DNA of 55,066 bases from Candidatus Omnitrophota bacterium. GTDB taxonomy: Bacteria; Omnitrophota; Omnitrophia; Omnitrophales; Aquincolibacteriaceae. Of this stretch, positions 1 through 10,538 are shown one piece after another. The notes below the pieces were generated by a model, which was not told where the DNA came from, searched no databases, and saw nothing but the letters and a program-made list of their open reading frames with translations. The position numbers and the translations under genes were made by a program. Location: positions 1-55,066 of the forward strand of contig JAHFHG010000009.1 of the NCBI GenBank assembly GCA_023247035.1, in the 5' to 3' direction. Position 1 is the first letter of the stretch. Each line of letters opens with the position of its first letter.

Positions 1-972
1 TGCAGGGGGGCGCACTGCCAGACGATTTACGGAGGGCTTTTCCGGCCTGCCGTGACCCTCTTATTCCGGCGTGAGCGCTTGGAACTTCCCGACGGTGATT
101 TTGTGGATCTGGATTGGGCACGCAAGAAAGCGAACGCTCCCATTCTTGTAATTTTGCCCGGCCTCGGCGGTTCGTCTCAAGACCGTTATGTCAAATCGCT
201 TGCCGATCAAGCCGCCCAAAGAGGATGGAACGCTGTGGTGCTTAATGCCCGCGGCTCAAGCGGTGAATTAAACCGTCTGGCAAAGACCCATCACGGCGGC
301 CGGACCGATGACCTGAATTTTGTCCTCCGGCATCTTATCAAAAAAAACGCCGCGGAAATTTATCTCATAGGATATTCGCTCGGCGGAAATATTCTCCTTA
401 AATGGCTGGGAGAGCAGGGAAGGGATGTGCCTTCTCAAATCAAAAAAGCTGCGGCAGTGTCCGTGCCTTATGATTTGGCCAAAGCCTCCGAATGCCTCGC
501 CCAGGGATTCAACCGCGTCATTTATACGCGTAACCTCCTTAAGAAGTTGAAACGCCGGGCGCTTGAGCAAGAGAAGAGATTCCCTGGGATCCTTGATATT
601 GAAAAGGTAAGAAATGCGGACACGTTTAAAATTTATGACCGTGAAGTCACGGCCCGGCTCAATGGCTTCAAAGATGAGAAAGATTATTGGACGCAATCCA
701 GTTCCGTTTCCTATTTGGAGAGAATTCAAATCCCCGTTCTCCTGATTCATGCCGCCAACGACCCTTTTCTGCCGGCCGCGTTTATCCCGCAGGAAAAAAT
801 CCGGAAATCATCCGTGCTCACCTTGCTTCTTACAAAAGACGGCGGCCACCTCGGATTTGTTTCCGGCGGTTTTCCCGGCCGTTCAGACCCGTGGCTTGAG
901 CAGACCCTCCTCGGTTTTTTGGAGCGCGGCCGAAAACAACCCACGCCCCTTCCACCGGCGCCGGATTCGTGA
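1..972 (+). CDS. YheT-like alpha/beta-fold hydrolase (5' end outside the window)
   Basis: Frame is open from position 1 (CRGAHCQTIYG, matching the YheT N-terminal GHxQT motif). Also ERLELPDGDFVDLDW, GYSLGG nucleophile elbow, DPF and GGHLGF catalytic motifs. Confidence 0.85.
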   Translation, partial: CRGAHCQTIYGGLFRPAVTLLFRRERLELPDGDFVDLDWARKKANAPILVILPGLGGSSQDRYVKSLADQAAQRGWNAVVLNARGSSGELNRLAKTHHGGRTDDLNFVLRHLIKKNAAEIYLIGYSLGGNILLKWLGEQGRDVPSQIKKAAAVSVPYDLAKASECLAQGFNRVIYTRNLLKKLKRRALEQEKRFPGILDIEKVRNADTFKIYDREVTARLNGFKDEKDYWTQSSSVSYLERIQIPVLLIHAANDPFLPAAFIPQEKIRKSSVLTLLLTKDGGHLGFVSGGFPGRSDPWLEQTLLGFLERGRKQPTPLPPAPDS

Positions 973-1142
973 TCGAATCCTGCATTTTGAGAAGGACGCC
1001 TCTCCAGTTCCAAGTCAAAAGGAAAGGATCTTTCGTCAATCCTGCGGAAACGTGTTCAAGGGGATGACAGGGAATTTAATATCCGGTATGATACGCAGGA
1101 ACGTCAATCCTTATTCTCGATTTTCCGGTTTGAAATAGAAAA

Positions 1143-2792
1143 ATGCTGAAGCCTAAACTTTTTACGACGCTGAAAAATTATTCGGGAGGAACCTTTTTTT
1201 CGGATCTTATCGCAGGGCTGATTGTCGGGATCGTGGCCCTGCCGCTTGCCATTGCCTTTGGAATCGCCTCGGGCGTTTCGCCGGAAAAAGGGCTGATTAC
1301 GGCGATCGTCGCCGGGTTTTTGATTTCCGTTTTCGGCGGAAGCCGGGTTCAAATCGGAGGCCCGACCGGGGCTTTTGTGGTCATTGTCTACGGCATCGTT
1401 CAAAAATACGGAGTCGACGGGCTTACGGTTGCGACGCTCATCGCCGGGGTTTTGCTGGTGATCATGGGGCTGGCGCGGCTGGGGACGGTGATTAAGTTCA
1501 TCCCCCATCCCGTGACCGTGGGTTTTACAAGCGGGATCGCCGTCATTATTTTTTCTTCCCAAGCTAAAGATTTATTTGGGCTGAGTATCCCGAAGCTTCC
1601 GGCAGATTTCATCGAAAAATGGGCCGCCATTCTCGAACATATTCCTTCTTTCAATCTTTATTCCTTCCTTATCGCGCTGATCACGATCGTCATCATTGCG
1701 TATTGGCCGCGCGTGTCTCGGAAAATTCCAGGATCCCTCATCGCCCTTATTTTCTGCTCCGCATGGGTTCAGTTTTTCCACTGGCCGCTGGAAACAATCG
1801 GCACCCGTTTCGGCGATCTCCCGCACACGCTTCCGCTCCCGCACTTTCCCGACCTCAGCTTTTCGATGATCCGGAAAATGATCCAGCCCGCGTTTGCCAT
1901 CGCGTTTTTAGGCGGGATTGAGTCGCTGCTTTCAGCGGTTGTTGCCGACGGCATGATTGGGGGAAGACACCGCTCGAATATGGAGCTGGTCGCTCAGGGG
2001 ATCGCCAATATCGCGTCGGGCGTTTTCGGAGGAATCCCCGCAACCGGCGCGATCGCCCGCACGGCAACGAATATCAAAAACGGCGGCAAGACCCCCGTCG
2101 CCGGAATCATCCATTCTTGGACGCTCCTCTTGATCCTTCTTTTTTTAGGCCGCTGGGCAAAGGGAATTCCGCTGGCTTGCCTGGCCGGTATTTTGGTCGT
2201 GGTTTCCTACCATATGAGCGAGTGGCGCTCTTTTCTTTCTCTTTTAAAAGGGCCGAAAAGCGATGTCGTGGTGCTGGCCGTGACGTTCCTCTTAACCGTA
2301 CTGATCGATTTAACCGTGGCGATCGAAATCGGGATGGTGCTTTCCGCATTTTTATTCATGCACCGGATGGCGAGCGTGACGAAATTTCACATGATCGACA
2401 CTGAGGTCGAGGAGGAGCAGATTGACCGCAAGGAATCCGCGGCAAAAATAAAGATTCCCGCAGGGGTTGAAGTTTATGAAATTAACGGCCCTTTTTTCTT
2501 CGGAGTGTCCCATGATTTTGAGGAAACCTTGCGCGTCATTTCAAAAAAACCCAAGGTGCAGATTTTAAGGCTGCGCCACGTGCCGGTGATGGATGCGACG
2601 GGCCTTCACGCGTTAAAACAATTTCATGAAAGATGCCAAAAAAGGGATGTGAGAGTGGTGCTGTCCGGCATTCATTCCCAGCCGCTTAAGGTTCTAAAAG
2701 CGTCCGGGCTGTATGATGCGATCGGGCATGAAAATGTTGTGACGAATATTCAACACGCGCTCCAGCGCGCCAACGAAGTGATCCGCGCGTGA
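1143..2792 (+). CDS. SulP/SLC26 family anion permease with C-terminal STAS domain
   Basis: DLIAGLIVGIVALPLAIAF, QIGGPTGAF, ELVAQGIAN motifs; STAS domain (GPFFFG...MDATGL). Confidence 0.93.
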   Translation: MLKPKLFTTLKNYSGGTFFSDLIAGLIVGIVALPLAIAFGIASGVSPEKGLITAIVAGFLISVFGGSRVQIGGPTGAFVVIVYGIVQKYGVDGLTVATLIAGVLLVIMGLARLGTVIKFIPHPVTVGFTSGIAVIIFSSQAKDLFGLSIPKLPADFIEKWAAILEHIPSFNLYSFLIALITIVIIAYWPRVSRKIPGSLIALIFCSAWVQFFHWPLETIGTRFGDLPHTLPLPHFPDLSFSMIRKMIQPAFAIAFLGGIESLLSAVVADGMIGGRHRSNMELVAQGIANIASGVFGGIPATGAIARTATNIKNGGKTPVAGIIHSWTLLLILLFLGRWAKGIPLACLAGILVVVSYHMSEWRSFLSLLKGPKSDVVVLAVTFLLTVLIDLTVAIEIGMVLSAFLFMHRMASVTKFHMIDTEVEEEQIDRKESAAKIKIPAGVEVYEINGPFFFGVSHDFEETLRVISKKPKVQILRLRHVPVMDATGLHALKQFHERCQKRDVRVVLSGIHSQPLKVLKASGLYDAIGHENVVTNIQHALQRANEVIRA

Positions 2793-2846
2793 CGTATTAC
2801 CTCAGACGCTTTTGCTGATCGGCCTCCGCCCGCTCGAATGTTCGCG

Positions 2847-2876
2847 TTACAGTTTTGAAAACTAATCTGCTACAAT
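2847..2876 (+). promoter_or_regulatory. Putative sigma-70 promoter (extended -10) of the ABC-F gene
   Basis: TGcTACAAT at 2868-2876, about 33 nt upstream of ATG 2910. Confidence 0.45.
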
Positions 2877-2909
2877 ACCGCCTCAAAATTCAGCGCGTAG
2901 GAATATAAA

Positions 2910-4751
2910 ATGCCGGTTCTTCTTCAAATGAATGAGATTTGTAAAGCTTACGGCGCGGCCGTGATTTTGGACGAGGCCACGGCGTCGTTTGGAAGCGATC
3001 AAAAAATCGGCATGATCGGCCGCAACGGAGCCGGGAAGTCCACCCTCTGCCGGATCATTACCGGCCACGAAACGGCCGACAGCGGAACCCTCACGCGCAA
3101 TGCTTCGCTCCGGCTGAGCTACCTGGAGCAGCACGACACCTTTCATCCCGGCGAAACGGTTCAGGATTTTCTGATCCGCACGACGGGCGCCGAGGCCTGG
3201 CAGTGCGGGGCGACTGCGGCCCGGTTTCAGATCAAAAATGAAATGCTGATCCAATCGGTTGAGAGTTTGGCCGGCGGGTATCAGACCCGGGTCAAGCTGA
3301 CGGCGATGCTTTTGGGCGAGCCCAATTTCCTCCTCCTGGACGAGCCGAGCAATTATCTGGATTTAAGCACGATGATCCTGCTCGAGAATTTCCTCCTCGA
3401 TTTCAGGGGAGGCTATCTGATTGTTTCCCACGACCGCGAATTTTTGAAGCGCACCTGTGAACATACGCTCGAGGTCGAGGCCGGAAGGCTCATCCTTTAT
3501 CCGGGCGATATCGAGGAATATTTTGAATTTAAAGAAGAACAGGTGAAGCATAAAGAGGCGCGCAACCGGGGCATTCTGAAAAAACGGGACCAGCTTCAGG
3601 AATTCGTCGACCGTTTCCGCGCCAAGGCCTCCACGGCCTCGCGGGCCCAATCCAAATTAAAACAACTGCAGAAGCTTAAGACGATTGAAATTGCGCACCA
3701 GGCCGGCACAGTGCGCATCTATATTCCGCCGGTCGAATCCAAAGCCGGGATTGCCTTTTCCTGCGAGGGGCTGCGCGTGGGCTATCCCGAAAAAGACGTG
3801 GCGCACGGAATCCATTTCGATATCGAACGAGGCCGGCACGTGGCGATCCTGGGCGACAACGGCGAGGGAAAGACTACTTTTTTGAGGACGATTGCCGGAC
3901 AACTGCCCCCCAAAGGAGGAACTTTCCGGTGGGGAACGGGCCTTAAGACGGCCTATTACGCCCAGCACGTTTTCTCGGCGCTCAATCCCGAGGACACCAT
4001 TTATTCGTATCTCCTGCGCGAGAGCGCCAGCGAGGTGACGAGCCAGGATATCTTAACGATGGCCGGCTGTTTTCTTTTCAAGGGCGATGACGTGAAAAAA
4101 AAAGCTAAAGTCCTCAGCGGGGGCGAGCGAGCGCGGCTTGTACTGGCTGGGCTTCTTCTTTCCAAAAGCCAGGCGCTGCTTTTGGATGAACCGACCAACC
4201 ACTTGGATTTCGAAACCGTAGAAGCCCTGGGCCAGGCCCTCAAAAAATTCGCAGGCACGGTCTTTTTTATCAGCCACGACCGGACCTTTGTGAACCTTTT
4301 GGCGACCAGTATTCTGGAGGTCAGGAAGGGCAGGGTGCGCCGTTATCCCGGAACTTACGAAGATTACGTTTATCATCTTGAGATGGCGGCCCGCGGGGAG
4401 AGGGAAGAGGCGGCTCATCAAGATCCGCATCCGCCGGAAAAATCACACGGGCATAAGACTGCCGCAGTCGCAAACCCTTCTCCCGAGGCAGCGCAATCGC
4501 CGCCCGAGCCGGCGCACAAAGTCAATCCCAAATCCGAAATCGCAAAGCTTAAAAAAAAGATGGAGAAGGCTGAGCAGCAAATCAGCCATTTAACCAAAGA
4601 GCGGGACAAACTCCTTCAGGAGATTCAAAAAAACCCTTTCCACTATTCCAAAGAACGCAACGCGCGCTTGAAGGAGCTTCAGGCCGGCCTCGAAGAAGCC
4701 GAGGACGAATGGTATTCCCTCGAGGAAAAATTAGGCGGAATGAAGGAATGA
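2910..4751 (+). CDS. ABC-F family ATP-binding protein (Uup/YheS-like, ribosome-associated)
   Basis: Two ABC domains (GRNGAGKST, GDNGEGKTT; LLDEPSN and LLDEPTNHLD), inter-domain linker, C-terminal coiled coil, no TM helices. Confidence 0.92.
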   Translation: MPVLLQMNEICKAYGAAVILDEATASFGSDQKIGMIGRNGAGKSTLCRIITGHETADSGTLTRNASLRLSYLEQHDTFHPGETVQDFLIRTTGAEAWQCGATAARFQIKNEMLIQSVESLAGGYQTRVKLTAMLLGEPNFLLLDEPSNYLDLSTMILLENFLLDFRGGYLIVSHDREFLKRTCEHTLEVEAGRLILYPGDIEEYFEFKEEQVKHKEARNRGILKKRDQLQEFVDRFRAKASTASRAQSKLKQLQKLKTIEIAHQAGTVRIYIPPVESKAGIAFSCEGLRVGYPEKDVAHGIHFDIERGRHVAILGDNGEGKTTFLRTIAGQLPPKGGTFRWGTGLKTAYYAQHVFSALNPEDTIYSYLLRESASEVTSQDILTMAGCFLFKGDDVKKKAKVLSGGERARLVLAGLLLSKSQALLLDEPTNHLDFETVEALGQALKKFAGTVFFISHDRTFVNLLATSILEVRKGRVRRYPGTYEDYVYHLEMAARGEREEAAHQDPHPPEKSHGHKTAAVANPSPEAAQSPPEPAHKVNPKSEIAKLKKKMEKAEQQISHLTKERDKLLQEIQKNPFHYSKERNARLKELQAGLEEAEDEWYSLEEKLGGMKE

Positions 4752-4965
4752 GGGCCCGTCTCATTTTTTCGTTCGCAGAGGAAATGGCTGAAAGGGCAGG
4801 GCTTGATGTTCGATAGGATCAACACCTCCCAATCAGGGCGTTTTTTGGCAGGTGGGGCCGCCGCTACATAAACTCTACTTCGAATTGGATTTCATCCCTT
4901 TAGGCTATTCTTCAAAAACAATCTTTTGTATTCCCCGGATACCTTGTTCCAGCGATCTCATAAAT

Positions 4966-6627
4966 TCAGAATTCCATTCTTTTGAGCGCATGGACTCCGA
5001 TTTTCAGCGGGATCGTGCCGATCAGAAGGCTTGCCGCGGCCATCGTCAAAAAAATAATTCCTTGGTGCTCGTGAGAGAGTAAAAGAAAAATCCCGATCAC
5101 GGCCAAGTAGGAGAGGTGAGTGACCAAAAGCATCGAGCCTCCGAACCCGGAGATGATTTCGGCCGGGTTGTTGGACTTCAAATTAATGAATTTCGCGCCG
5201 AGGCCGACGGATAAGCCCGTTAAGGCGACGCAGACAAACCCGCCGAGCCCGGTCGTAAAAAGAATCCGCCGGAGCGGGATTTCAAGCATCCAGCCCGACA
5301 GAAAAACAAGAGGCAGGGTCAGGAAAAGAGAAATCACGGTACCTAGAAAAAATTTTTCGAGAAGGATTGAAGACGGCCGCATTGGGGCGACGCCGATGAT
5401 CCACGCCTTGGTCCCTTCCATCGAAAGCATAGGGTATACAAAGCGCATACTGAAGCTCGAAAGGACGACGTAAGTCCCGACGGTATTCAGGACGAAGACA
5501 AGGTTTTTCCAAAAACTTTTCAGGACGTGGAATTCCAGATTTTTCAGGTTGACGAAGTAAAGCAAAAGAAGCCCGAAAAAAATAATCAATTGGGACCACT
5601 CCGCCGGATCGCGCGCGAAAGTTTTAAGGTCTTTCTCAAGGAACGCAAGCGCGGGGCGGGAAGGCCAGGAGATCGAGTCAAAGATTTTTTCGAAGATCTT
5701 GCTGTAGCGGATTCGTTTGGGTTTGCGGATTTCGGCGTGGTCTTGCGCGCGGAAAAAGCTGGCCGGGTAGAGGCGTCCGGCGGCGGAATAAGAGGGGATG
5801 AAGCCAAAGAGGGCATTGGAAAGCAATAAAAGAAGATAGAAGACTCCCGTTTGCCGGCTCAAATATTCCCGCGTGTCGATCTGGCTTAAGGCAAGGATCC
5901 CTCGCGTGACCCAAGACGAGGGCAGCCAAGGATTTTTGGCAAACGCAACGTGCGGGAGATAACCGCTCATAATGCCGGCAATCGATCCTTGCTCTTTAAC
6001 GGCCTGGGGTTCGAGGCGGATAAAAAGCAGCGCCAAGCCTCCGGCGAGGATCAGCAGAGTGGCCAAACGCGAACGCCTGCCGGGCAGCAGGGCCACGGCA
6101 AAAACTGCGGCCAAGGTTCCCAGTATTCCGGCCAGGACCACAAAGGGGACATAAAAAACAAAGCACAGCAACGGGTAGTAGGCAGCCTCAATATTTTTAT
6201 TCATCCCGTAGGCGGCCATGAAAGGAACGGCGACAAAAAGAAAAGACCAGGAGCTGTACCACAAGGCCTCGGTCAATTTGATAAAATAAATTTCCGTCCA
6301 CCGGACAGGATGTTGCAAAAGAAAAGGGACCTCTCCGGACCGGTAAAGGCAAGTGTAGGCGGATACGGCCGACGAGATGAAGAGCATGACAAAAAGCGCA
6401 AAATTAAAAAGGAAAAACGTTTCATCGATCAGGATGGGCCCGAAGGGCTCCTGGCTCGCGAAGAACCGGAAACTATAGAAGAAGAAGGCAAAAAGTCCCG
6501 CGCCGGCCGCCGCGAAAAAAAAGATAAGAGTGAACAATTCGGCCGTCGAACGCTTCCTGAGGCTGCGGAAACTATTTCTGACGGTCGTCCACTTGAGGCC
6601 GCAAAGAAGCCGGAAACGGCCCGTCAA
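4966..6627 (-). CDS. Putative ABC exporter permease subunit
   Basis: Many hydrophobic TM segments; KDLKTFARD and SMEG motifs; start overlaps the stop of the ABC ATPase. Confidence 0.8.
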   Translation of the reverse strand: MTGRFRLLCGLKWTTVRNSFRSLRKRSTAELFTLIFFFAAAGAGLFAFFFYSFRFFASQEPFGPILIDETFFLFNFALFVMLFISSAVSAYTCLYRSGEVPFLLQHPVRWTEIYFIKLTEALWYSSWSFLFVAVPFMAAYGMNKNIEAAYYPLLCFVFYVPFVVLAGILGTLAAVFAVALLPGRRSRLATLLILAGGLALLFIRLEPQAVKEQGSIAGIMSGYLPHVAFAKNPWLPSSWVTRGILALSQIDTREYLSRQTGVFYLLLLLSNALFGFIPSYSAAGRLYPASFFRAQDHAEIRKPKRIRYSKIFEKIFDSISWPSRPALAFLEKDLKTFARDPAEWSQLIIFFGLLLLYFVNLKNLEFHVLKSFWKNLVFVLNTVGTYVVLSSFSMRFVYPMLSMEGTKAWIIGVAPMRPSSILLEKFFLGTVISLFLTLPLVFLSGWMLEIPLRRILFTTGLGGFVCVALTGLSVGLGAKFINLKSNNPAEIISGFGGSMLLVTHLSYLAVIGIFLLLSHEHQGIIFLTMAAASLLIGTIPLKIGVHALKRMEF

Positions 6628-7373
6628 GCCCCGGCCCTCACTTCTTCTTTTTCCACCAGTTTCATGAACATCTGCTCCAGATTTTCTTTCGATTGGTACT
6701 TCCGCTGCAAATCGCTCAGGGATCCCACCGCAATCAGCCGGCCGCGGTCAATAATCCCGATCCGGTCGGACAGCTCCTCGGCCACGGATAAGGTGTGGGT
6801 TGAAAATAAAACCGTCATCCCTTCCCGCGCTTTCGCTTTGAGAAAATCCTTGAAGCTGCGGATGCTGATCGGATCAAGCCCGACCATCGGTTCATCCAGG
6901 ATAAACAGCTTCGGGTTGTGGAGGAGGGCCGCTGCAAGGATCACCTTTTGGCGCATTCCGTGCGAGAATTCTTCAATCAGCACATTATCGACGTGATCGA
7001 GGGAGAAAAATTTTAAAAGCCGCCGGCCGTACTCCTGAATGGCTTTGATATCCATCGAATAAAGCTTGCCCGTAAAACGTAAAAGCTCCCAAGGCGTTAA
7101 TTTTTCGTAAACGTAAGGGGCGTCCGGGACAAAACTCATAAGCTCCTTGGCATTCATGGGATTTTTGAGGATATCAAACCCGCCGATTCGAACCGTCCCG
7201 GAAGTAGGTTTCAGAAGACCGGCCATCATTTTCAGGGTAGAAGTTTTGCCGGCGCCGTTCGGTCCCACCAGCGTGAAGATCTCACCGGGCCGGATTTCGA
7301 GATCGATTCCTTTGACCGCCTCTTTGAGGCCGTAGTTTTTCTTGATCCCGCGAAGTTCAACCATCGGATCCAT
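6624..7373 (-). CDS. ABC transporter ATP-binding protein
   Basis: GPNGAGKTS Walker A, FSHGMRQK signature, ILDEP Walker B. Start placed at 7373 after AAGGAG; the ORF is open to 7394. Confidence 0.92.
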   Translation of the reverse strand: MDPMVELRGIKKNYGLKEAVKGIDLEIRPGEIFTLVGPNGAGKTSTLKMMAGLLKPTSGTVRIGGFDILKNPMNAKELMSFVPDAPYVYEKLTPWELLRFTGKLYSMDIKAIQEYGRRLLKFFSLDHVDNVLIEEFSHGMRQKVILAAALLHNPKLFILDEPMVGLDPISIRSFKDFLKAKAREGMTVLFSTHTLSVAEELSDRIGIIDRGRLIAVGSLSDLQRKYQSKENLEQMFMKLVEKEEVRAGA

Positions 7374-7434
7374 ATAAAGACTTTCTCCTTTCATTTCGTG
7401 TAACGGCGTATTGCAGTATGCCTTACCTTGAAAC

Positions 7435-8886
7435 CTACTCCGCCTCCAAAATGACGACTTTGATTTTTCCTATTTTTTCAATCAGAGACACCTGTTCCTG
7501 AAGATCTCCCGTTACAAGAGGAATATGCGTGACGTCCACCGGAGCCTGGCCGAACGTCGGATCGATGCCGATCCAGCGGCCCAAATAGACTTCCGTCCAG
7601 GCGTGATAAAAAAAGCGGCCGTTCTGATAGACCAGGCCCGCAACCATTTTTGCCGGAATCTTGAGCGCGCGCGTCAGGGCCGTAAAAAGGACGGTGTATT
7701 CGTTGCAGTCTCCCTGCTTGGCGGAGAGGACCTCGCGGGCCCGGGGCAGGCTCACGGTCGGGACAGGCGAAAGATTACTGTGGACCCACCGCATTATTTT
7801 AAGGGCCGCCTCCAGCGCAGATTTTTCTTCGCCCGCGATTTCTTTCGCCTTTTCAACGATCACAGGGTCAGACGCCTGGACCCACGGCGTGGATTCCAAA
7901 GAAGTTTTAAACTCCTCTTCATTCAATGAAAGGGGAAGGGAGAAAGCCCGCAGTCCTTCCAGCGTATCTTTTTCAATTTTTAGGATTTTTTCACGGGCCG
8001 GGGTCTTGAGTTTGATCTTCAGTGCGCGAAGCGATTCCGGATCTGGAAGAGTCCTGGTCGCGGGAATTGAAAAGAGATTCGGCAGATCCGGAGGGGTGGA
8101 GCGCTTCCGGCGCATGGCGTCGAAAATCTGCCAGCCCGGCTCCTTTTGAATGATGAGCCCCATCGGGCTTTCCTCCCGCAGCACGATTCCTTCCGGCGAG
8201 ACCCAGGCGCGGGCGTCCATTCCCTCAAAATCCAGATGAATGACAAAAACCTCCTGCTTTTTCCCTTCAAAATCCAGCGCGGCCTTTGTTTTAACGGAAA
8301 AGTTGATGTTCTGAAAGCCCATCATCAGGGGATTCCAGACCTGGAGCCTTCCTTGCTTGCCGATTTTTAAATTTTCGGGCGTCCAGATAAAATTAAGCGC
8401 CTCGGAGAAAAAAACAGGTCCTTGGACCGGAATAATCTTGCGGACGGGCGGGCTTTCTTTTCCTTCAATGACGACATTGAGATTGCCGCCGGCCAGCCGG
8501 CCCGTGAGCCGGGTCCAGGAATCGCCGCTTGAAAGGCGGATCTCAAAGGCCTTGAGGTTAAGCTGCCGGTCGAGTTTAGCCGTTCCCCGCGTAAGCATTT
8601 CCCTTTCGCGGCCCAGAAAGCGGAAAGATAAATAGGTCTGGTGCCGGAGCTCGTAATAATCTTTGTCCTTTCCTTCCAAGGCCTCTAAGGTATTAAAGTT
8701 AAAGCCCACCCGCTCTTGTCCCAGGTAGAGGGCGCGGTATTCCTGCCTGAGCGAGGGATTGTGCAGGGGAAGGATTTCGTAAGAAGTTTGGATCGGCGTG
8801 ATCTGAAAAAACTCCTTATGAATCAGAAGGCTCATCATAAGAAGCCAGAATCCCGTCGTCCCGATAAGGAAAAAAGACCGCATCAT
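7435..8886 (-). CDS. Membrane-anchored transglutaminase-like (Cys-His-Asp) domain protein
   Basis: N-terminal TM helix; GDCNEY, HAWTEVY and DPTFGQ catalytic triad motifs. Confidence 0.88.
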   Translation of the reverse strand: MMRSFFLIGTTGFWLLMMSLLIHKEFFQITPIQTSYEILPLHNPSLRQEYRALYLGQERVGFNFNTLEALEGKDKDYYELRHQTYLSFRFLGREREMLTRGTAKLDRQLNLKAFEIRLSSGDSWTRLTGRLAGGNLNVVIEGKESPPVRKIIPVQGPVFFSEALNFIWTPENLKIGKQGRLQVWNPLMMGFQNINFSVKTKAALDFEGKKQEVFVIHLDFEGMDARAWVSPEGIVLREESPMGLIIQKEPGWQIFDAMRRKRSTPPDLPNLFSIPATRTLPDPESLRALKIKLKTPAREKILKIEKDTLEGLRAFSLPLSLNEEEFKTSLESTPWVQASDPVIVEKAKEIAGEEKSALEAALKIMRWVHSNLSPVPTVSLPRAREVLSAKQGDCNEYTVLFTALTRALKIPAKMVAGLVYQNGRFFYHAWTEVYLGRWIGIDPTFGQAPVDVTHIPLVTGDLQEQVSLIEKIGKIKVVILEAE

Positions 8887-9122
8887 ATTCTTTACTCAGC
8901 CTAAATTTCGCACATTGTTCAATCGTCTTCAAAGGGCTTTGTCTTGAGGTGTTCTCTAGAAGCGAGCGTTCGATAAGTCATGAAACCCGCGCCGCCCGCA
9001 GGCAGGCCGTGTCCCGAGAGGGCCCGCCTTTAAACCGATCTGCTCGTATCAGGGGAAAGCCGGAGATCCGTTTTTTTAAACTTCCCGAAGACGGGAAAAA
9101 TTTTATACAATATCCACGGCCC

Positions 9123-10538
9123 ATGCTGCTTCTCTTAAGAAAGATCATTTTTTATCTCTTGCTGCCTCTTTATTTTCTCGTGGCCCCTTACGCCATTCTC
9201 TATGCCTTGGGTTATATTTTCAATCCGGCCGGCAGGGAGCTGTTCAAGGCGGGTTTGATCTCGATCACGACTTATCCGAAAAGCGCTACGGTATTTATCG
9301 GAGGCAAGAGGTATTCAAAAAGAACGCCGGCCACGATCCGTGATCTTCTCCCGGGGATTTATCCTGTCCGCATTACTCGAAAAGGTTACGAGCCCTGGGA
9401 AAAGGAGATCAAGGTGGAGCCGGAAAAGGCCGCGCATTTGGATCCTGTCGTGCTGCTTCCCAAAAGGCCTGAAGAGGAAGTCATTTCAAATCAATCCTAC
9501 CGCAATTTTATTCCCGAAGTGAAGGACTTTAAAATTTTCGCTTGGGAAGGGGAATCGTTGAGCACGCTGCGGAAAATCGATCTCTTCTTTAAAAAAGAAA
9601 CCCTGATTGGCGCCAAGATCCCGGACGCGGAGGAGGCGGCGCTTTTGGATTTTCTTTATAAGAAAGGCTCGGAAATCGTTTTTTTCAAGGTCAGGCATAA
9701 CGGCAAAATAAAATTTTGGGCTTATGATCTGAATCGCGAGAAAAGATCGGCGGATTTGAGCCCTTGGCTTCCGGAGGATTTTCAATTCATGGATTGGGAT
9801 TCCAAAAGCGCGGATTATGCCTACGCCTTGAAAAAAGGAGTCCTGACGGCTTTCGACCTGCGCCGCCGGAATCCTCCGGTTGAAATCGCCCAAGGAGTCA
9901 AAGGCTTCGGCGTGAAGCACAGCCGGCTTTATATCCTCAGGGAAGACGCGACGCTGATTCAAACCAACAAACGTGGTCAAAATCCCAAGCCGCTTTTTGG
10001 GGACACGACCGTCACGCGGAAAATTTTCGGCCGGACCCCCGCCGCTTTTTACCGGATCGAGCGCCTGAAGGGCGAGTTTTTTCAGAAGGATCTCCTGCTT
10101 TTCCTGAGCGACAGGGGCGCGCTCGTGAGCAGCCGTCTTCCGTATTACATTGCCGCCGCCGGGGTCCGGAATTTCCAGCACGCCGCCCGTTCCGGGGAAG
10201 AGAAGATGCTTTTCTGGACCGGGCGGCAAATCGGCGCGGTTGATTTTACGAAAGAAGCAACGGAAAATTTTTTTGAAAAAGGCCCGGAGCAGCATACCTT
10301 TTATGAAAACGGCAGGGATATCCGCCAGGCGTTTTGGGCTTGCGAAGATTCTCACATTCTTTTTGTGGATGAAGACAAGGTTTTCCTGCTTGAGACTCAA
10401 ACGGCGCCTTATCTGGCGCGCGAGGTGGTCCGGATCGCTCCTTCGAGCGGGATTATTTATAATGAAGGAAGTCATACTTTCTACTATCTTGATGCCGTCC
10501 ATCGGCATTTGATCCGCCGGAGGCTTGCGGATTCATGA
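9123..10538 (+). CDS. PEGA domain-containing membrane-anchored protein
   Basis: N-terminal TM (APYAILYALGY) followed by PEGA (ITTYPKSATVFI...TPATIRDLLPGIYPVRITRKGYEPW). Start taken at ATG 9123 rather than GTG 8949. Confidence 0.8.
   Translation: MLLLLRKIIFYLLLPLYFLVAPYAILYALGYIFNPAGRELFKAGLISITTYPKSATVFIGGKRYSKRTPATIRDLLPGIYPVRITRKGYEPWEKEIKVEPEKAAHLDPVVLLPKRPEEEVISNQSYRNFIPEVKDFKIFAWEGESLSTLRKIDLFFKKETLIGAKIPDAEEAALLDFLYKKGSEIVFFKVRHNGKIKFWAYDLNREKRSADLSPWLPEDFQFMDWDSKSADYAYALKKGVLTAFDLRRRNPPVEIAQGVKGFGVKHSRLYILREDATLIQTNKRGQNPKPLFGDTTVTRKIFGRTPAAFYRIERLKGEFFQKDLLLFLSDRGALVSSRLPYYIAAAGVRNFQHAARSGEEKMLFWTGRQIGAVDFTKEATENFFEKGPEQHTFYENGRDIRQAFWACEDSHILFVDEDKVFLLETQTAPYLAREVVRIAPSSGIIYNEGSHTFYYLDAVHRHLIRRRLADS

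Noticed and set aside
4752-4965. Gene remnant or ncRNA between the convergent ABC-F and permease genes
   Set aside because: Only short interrupted frames and no recognisable structure or family.
5950-6996. Long antisense ORFs (for example 5950-6996+, 9486-10508-, 26162-27112-, 53382-54167-)
   Set aside because: They are shadows of well-supported genes on the opposite strand and contain no recognisable motifs.
8890-9100. 6S RNA or other ncRNA in the divergent intergenic region; N-terminal extension of the PEGA gene from 8949
   Set aside because: No convincing long duplex could be folded by eye. The extension looks non-coding and contains a -10 box just before ATG 9123.
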